A stretch of 64,000 bases of DNA from Scyliorhinus canicula (Eukaryota). The notes below the pieces were generated by a model that was not told the DNA's origin, did not search any database, and saw nothing but the letters and a program-made list of their open reading frames with translations. Shown here piece after piece: positions 61,077-64,000 of this stretch. The position numbers were made by a program, and so were the translations under genes. Within the stretch, counting starts at the first letter, position 1. Each line of letters opens with the position of its first letter. Location of the stretch: the NCBI RefSeq assembly GCF_902713615.1, contig NW_024056015.1, positions 1-64,000 of the forward strand, in the 5' to 3' direction.

Positions 61077-62033
61077 ATGGCAGGAGATCCCAGACCCGTG
61101 TCATGCTCCTCGTGTGCAATGTGGGAGCTCAGGGACACGTCCACTGTCCCTGGCTCCTTCACGTGCAAGAAGTGTGTTCAGTTGCAGCTCTTGTTAGGCC
61201 GCTTGACGGCTCTGGAGCTGCGGATGGACTCACTTTGGAGCATCCGCGATGCTGAGGAGGTCGTGGATAGCACGTTTAGCGAGTTGGTCACACTGCAGGT
61301 GAAGGTTACTGAGGGAGATAGAAAATGGGTGACCAAAAGAAAGATCAAGAGTAGGAAGGCAGTGCAGGTGTCCCCTGCGGTCATCTCCCTGCAAAACAGA
61401 TATACCGCTTTGGATACTGTTGAGGGAGATGGCTCACCAGGGGAAGGCAGCAGCAGCCAGGTTCATGGCACCGTGGCTGGCTCTGCTGCACAGCAGGGCA
61501 GGAAGAAAAATGGCAGGGCTATTGTGGTAGGGGACTCGATCGTAAGGGGAATAGACAGGCGGTTCTGTGGACGCAATCGAGACTCCAGGATGGTATGTTG
61601 CCTCCCTGGTGCAAGGGTCAAGGATGTCTCGGAGCGGCTGCAGGACATTCTGGGTGTGGGGGGGGGGGGGGGTGAACAGCCAGCTGTCGTGGTGCACATA
61701 GGCACCAACGATATAGGTAAAAAACGGGATGAGGTCCTACAAGCGGAATTCAGGGAGTTAGGAGTTAAACTAAAAAGTAGGACCTCAAAGGTAGTAATCT
61801 CAGGATTGCTACCAGTGCCACGAGCTAGTCAGAGTAGGAATGTCAGGATAGATAGGATGAATGCGTGCCTCGAGAGATGGTGCAAGAGGGAGGGATTCAA
61901 ATTACTGGGGCATTGGGACCGGTTCTGGGGGAGGTGGGACCAGTACAAACCGGACGGTCTGCACCTGGGCAGGACTGGAACCGATGTCCTAGGGGGGGTG
62001 TTTTCTAGGGCTGTTGGGGAGGGTTTAAACTAA
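61077..62033 (+). CDS. CR1 ORF1p (zinc-finger-like N-terminus, coiled coil, SGNH esterase), 318 aa
   Basis: CSSC..CKKC, VVGDSIVRG, VVHIGTNDI and DGLHL motifs; stop codon overlaps the ORF2 ATG (TAATG). Confidence 0.85.
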   Translation: MAGDPRPVSCSSCAMWELRDTSTVPGSFTCKKCVQLQLLLGRLTALELRMDSLWSIRDAEEVVDSTFSELVTLQVKVTEGDRKWVTKRKIKSRKAVQVSPAVISLQNRYTALDTVEGDGSPGEGSSSQVHGTVAGSAAQQGRKKNGRAIVVGDSIVRGIDRRFCGRNRDSRMVCCLPGARVKDVSERLQDILGVGGGGGEQPAVVVHIGTNDIGKKRDEVLQAEFRELGVKLKSRTSKVVISGLLPVPRASQSRNVRIDRMNACLERWCKREGFKLLGHWDRFWGRWDQYKPDGLHLGRTGTDVLGGVFSRAVGEGLN

Positions 62034-63265
62034 TGTGGCAGGGGGATGGGAACCGATGCAGGAAGTTGGAAGGTAGTGAAACAGGGACAGAAGCAAAAGG
62101 AAGTAAGGGGCAAAGTGCAAGGCAGAGAAGACATAGTCAAAAATCTAAAAGGGCGACAGTACAAGGTACAGTGACTGAGGGGAGCTCAGTGAATAGGCCC
62201 AGTAATAACAAAAGGAATAAAACTGGAGATGTTAAGATTCAAAACAGAGGTAAAAAAACCAACATAAGTGTACTTTACGTGAATGCTCGTAGTATTCGGA
62301 ATAAAGTAAATGAGTTGATGGCACAAATCATCGTAAATGACTATGATTTAGTGGCCATTACTGAAACACGGTTAAAGGATGGTCACGGCTGGGAGTTAAA
62401 TATCCGAGGGTATCAAACTATTCGGAAGGACAGAGTGAATGGTAAGGGAGGTGGTGTTGCTCTGTTATTTAAGGATGACATCCGAGCAATAGTAAGGGAT
62501 GACATCGGTGCTATGGAGGATAAGGTTGAATCCATTTGGGTGGAAATCAGGAACAGTAAGGCGAAAAAGTCACTGATAGGAGTAGTCTATCGGCCACCAA
62601 ATAGTAACGATATGGTGGGGCAGGCAATAAACAAAGAAATAACTGATGCATGTAGAAATGGTACAGCAGTTATCATGGGGGATTTTAATCTACATGTCGA
62701 TTGGTTTAACCAGGTCGGTCAAGGCAACCTTGAGGAGGAGTTTATAGAATGTATCCGCGATAGTTTCCTAGAACAGTATGTAATGGAACCTACGAGGGAA
62801 CAAGCGGTCCTAGATCTTGTCCTGTGTAATGAGACAGGATTGATTCATGATCTCATAGTTAGGGATCCTCTCGGAAGGAGCGATCACAATATGGTGGAAT
62901 TTAAAATACAGATGGAGGGTGAGAAAGTAAAATCAAATACTAGTGTTTTGTGTTTAAACAAAGGAGATTACAAGGGGCTGAGAGAAGAACTAGCTAAGGT
63001 AGACTGGGAGCTAAGACTTTATGCTGGAACAGTTGAGGAACAGTGGAGAACCTTCCAAGCGATTTTTGACAGTGCTCAGCAAAGATTTATACCAACAAAA
63101 AGGAAGGACGGAAGAAAGAGGGAAAATCGACCGTGGATATCTAAGGAAATAAGGGAGAGTATCAAATTGAAGGAAAAAGCATATAAAGTGGCAAAGATTG
63201 GTGGGAGACTAGAGGACTGGGAAATCTTTAGGGGGCAACAGAAAGCTACTAAAAAAAAGCTATAA
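62033..63265 (+). pseudogene. CR1 ORF2 N-terminal part (APE endonuclease), frameshifted in an A8 run near 63251
   Basis: YVNARSIRNK, AITET, GDFNL and SDHN motifs; the RT continues in another frame. Confidence 0.85.
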
Positions 63266-64000
63266 AGAAGAGTAAGATAGAGTATGAGAGTAAACTTACT
63301 CAGCATATAAAAACAGACAGTAAAAGTTTTTACAAACATATAAGACAAAAAAGAGTGGCTGAGGTAAATATTGGTCCTTTAGAGGATGAGAAGGGAGTTT
63401 TAATAATGGGAAATGAGGAAATGGCTGAGGAACTGAACAGGTTTTTTGGGTCGGTCTTCACACTGGAAGACACAAATGCCAGCGACTCATAGAAATGAGG
63501 CTATGACAGGTGAGGACCTTGAGAGGATTGTTATCACTAAGGAGGGAGTGATGGGCAAGCTAATGGGGCTAAAGGTAGACAAGTCTCCTGGCCCTGATGG
63601 AATGCATCCCAGAGTGCTAAAAGAGATGGCTAGGGAAATTGCAGATGCACTAGTGATAATTTACCGAAATTCACTAGACTCTGGGGTGGTCCCGGTGGAT
63701 TGGAAATTAGCAAACGTGACGCTACTGTTTAAAAAAGGAGGTAGGCAGAAAGCAGGAAATTATAGGCCAGTGAGTTTAACTTCGGTAGTAGGGAAGATGC
63801 TGGAATCTATCATCAAGGAAGAAATTGCGAGGCATCTGGATAGAAATTGTCCCATTGGGCAGACGCAGCATGGGTTCGTAAAGGGCAAGTCATGCCTAAC
63901 TAATTTAGTGGAATTTTTTGAGGACATTACCAGTGCAGTAGATAACGGGGAGCCGATGGATGTGGTATATCTGGATTTCCAGAAAGCCTTTGACAAGGTG

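Larger units (their letters stand above)
60526..64000 (+). mobile_element. CR1 LINE with 5' UTR, intact ORF1 and frameshifted ORF2; runs off the window
   Basis: Duplicated ~70-bp 5' UTR unit (60526, 60852); ORF1 and ORF2 as annotated; RT continues to 64000. Confidence 0.95.

Overview
Eukaryotic, repeat-rich genomic DNA from a cartilaginous fish (inferred from the cluster-type IgM and the shark-type SINE/CR1 content; possibly a catshark, not proven). It is an antigen-receptor region. The left half holds two intact T-cell receptor alpha/delta-type V genes, each with leader exon, intron, V exon and a 23-bp-spacer RSS. They are divergently oriented (3665-4162 minus; 13369-14437 plus). The right half, beyond a 795-N assembly gap (31054-31848), holds an apparently functional secretory IgM heavy-chain cluster on the plus strand: leader, VH (apparently germline-joined to a D1 remnant, with a tandemly duplicated heptamer), D2 (12/12 RSS), JH (23 RSS), then Cmu1-Cmu4 with secretory tail and polyA signal (38143-55963). 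No TM exons were found. The 11.9-kb JH-Cmu1 intron carries four tandem arrays. These include a G-rich sense-strand array and a ~2.5-kb array with two AGCT motifs per 29-bp unit ending ~490 bp before Cmu1, which resembles an Ig switch region by position and motif. Also present: an intact-looking Mutator/MULE DDE transposase ORF, a degenerate tRNA-Pro(TGG) with an 18-nt insert at the canonical intron position, many CR1 LINE pieces, an L1-like fragment, Penelope-like elements, many tRNA-derived SINEs and several minisatellites. All coordinates were read by eye; no database searches were run.
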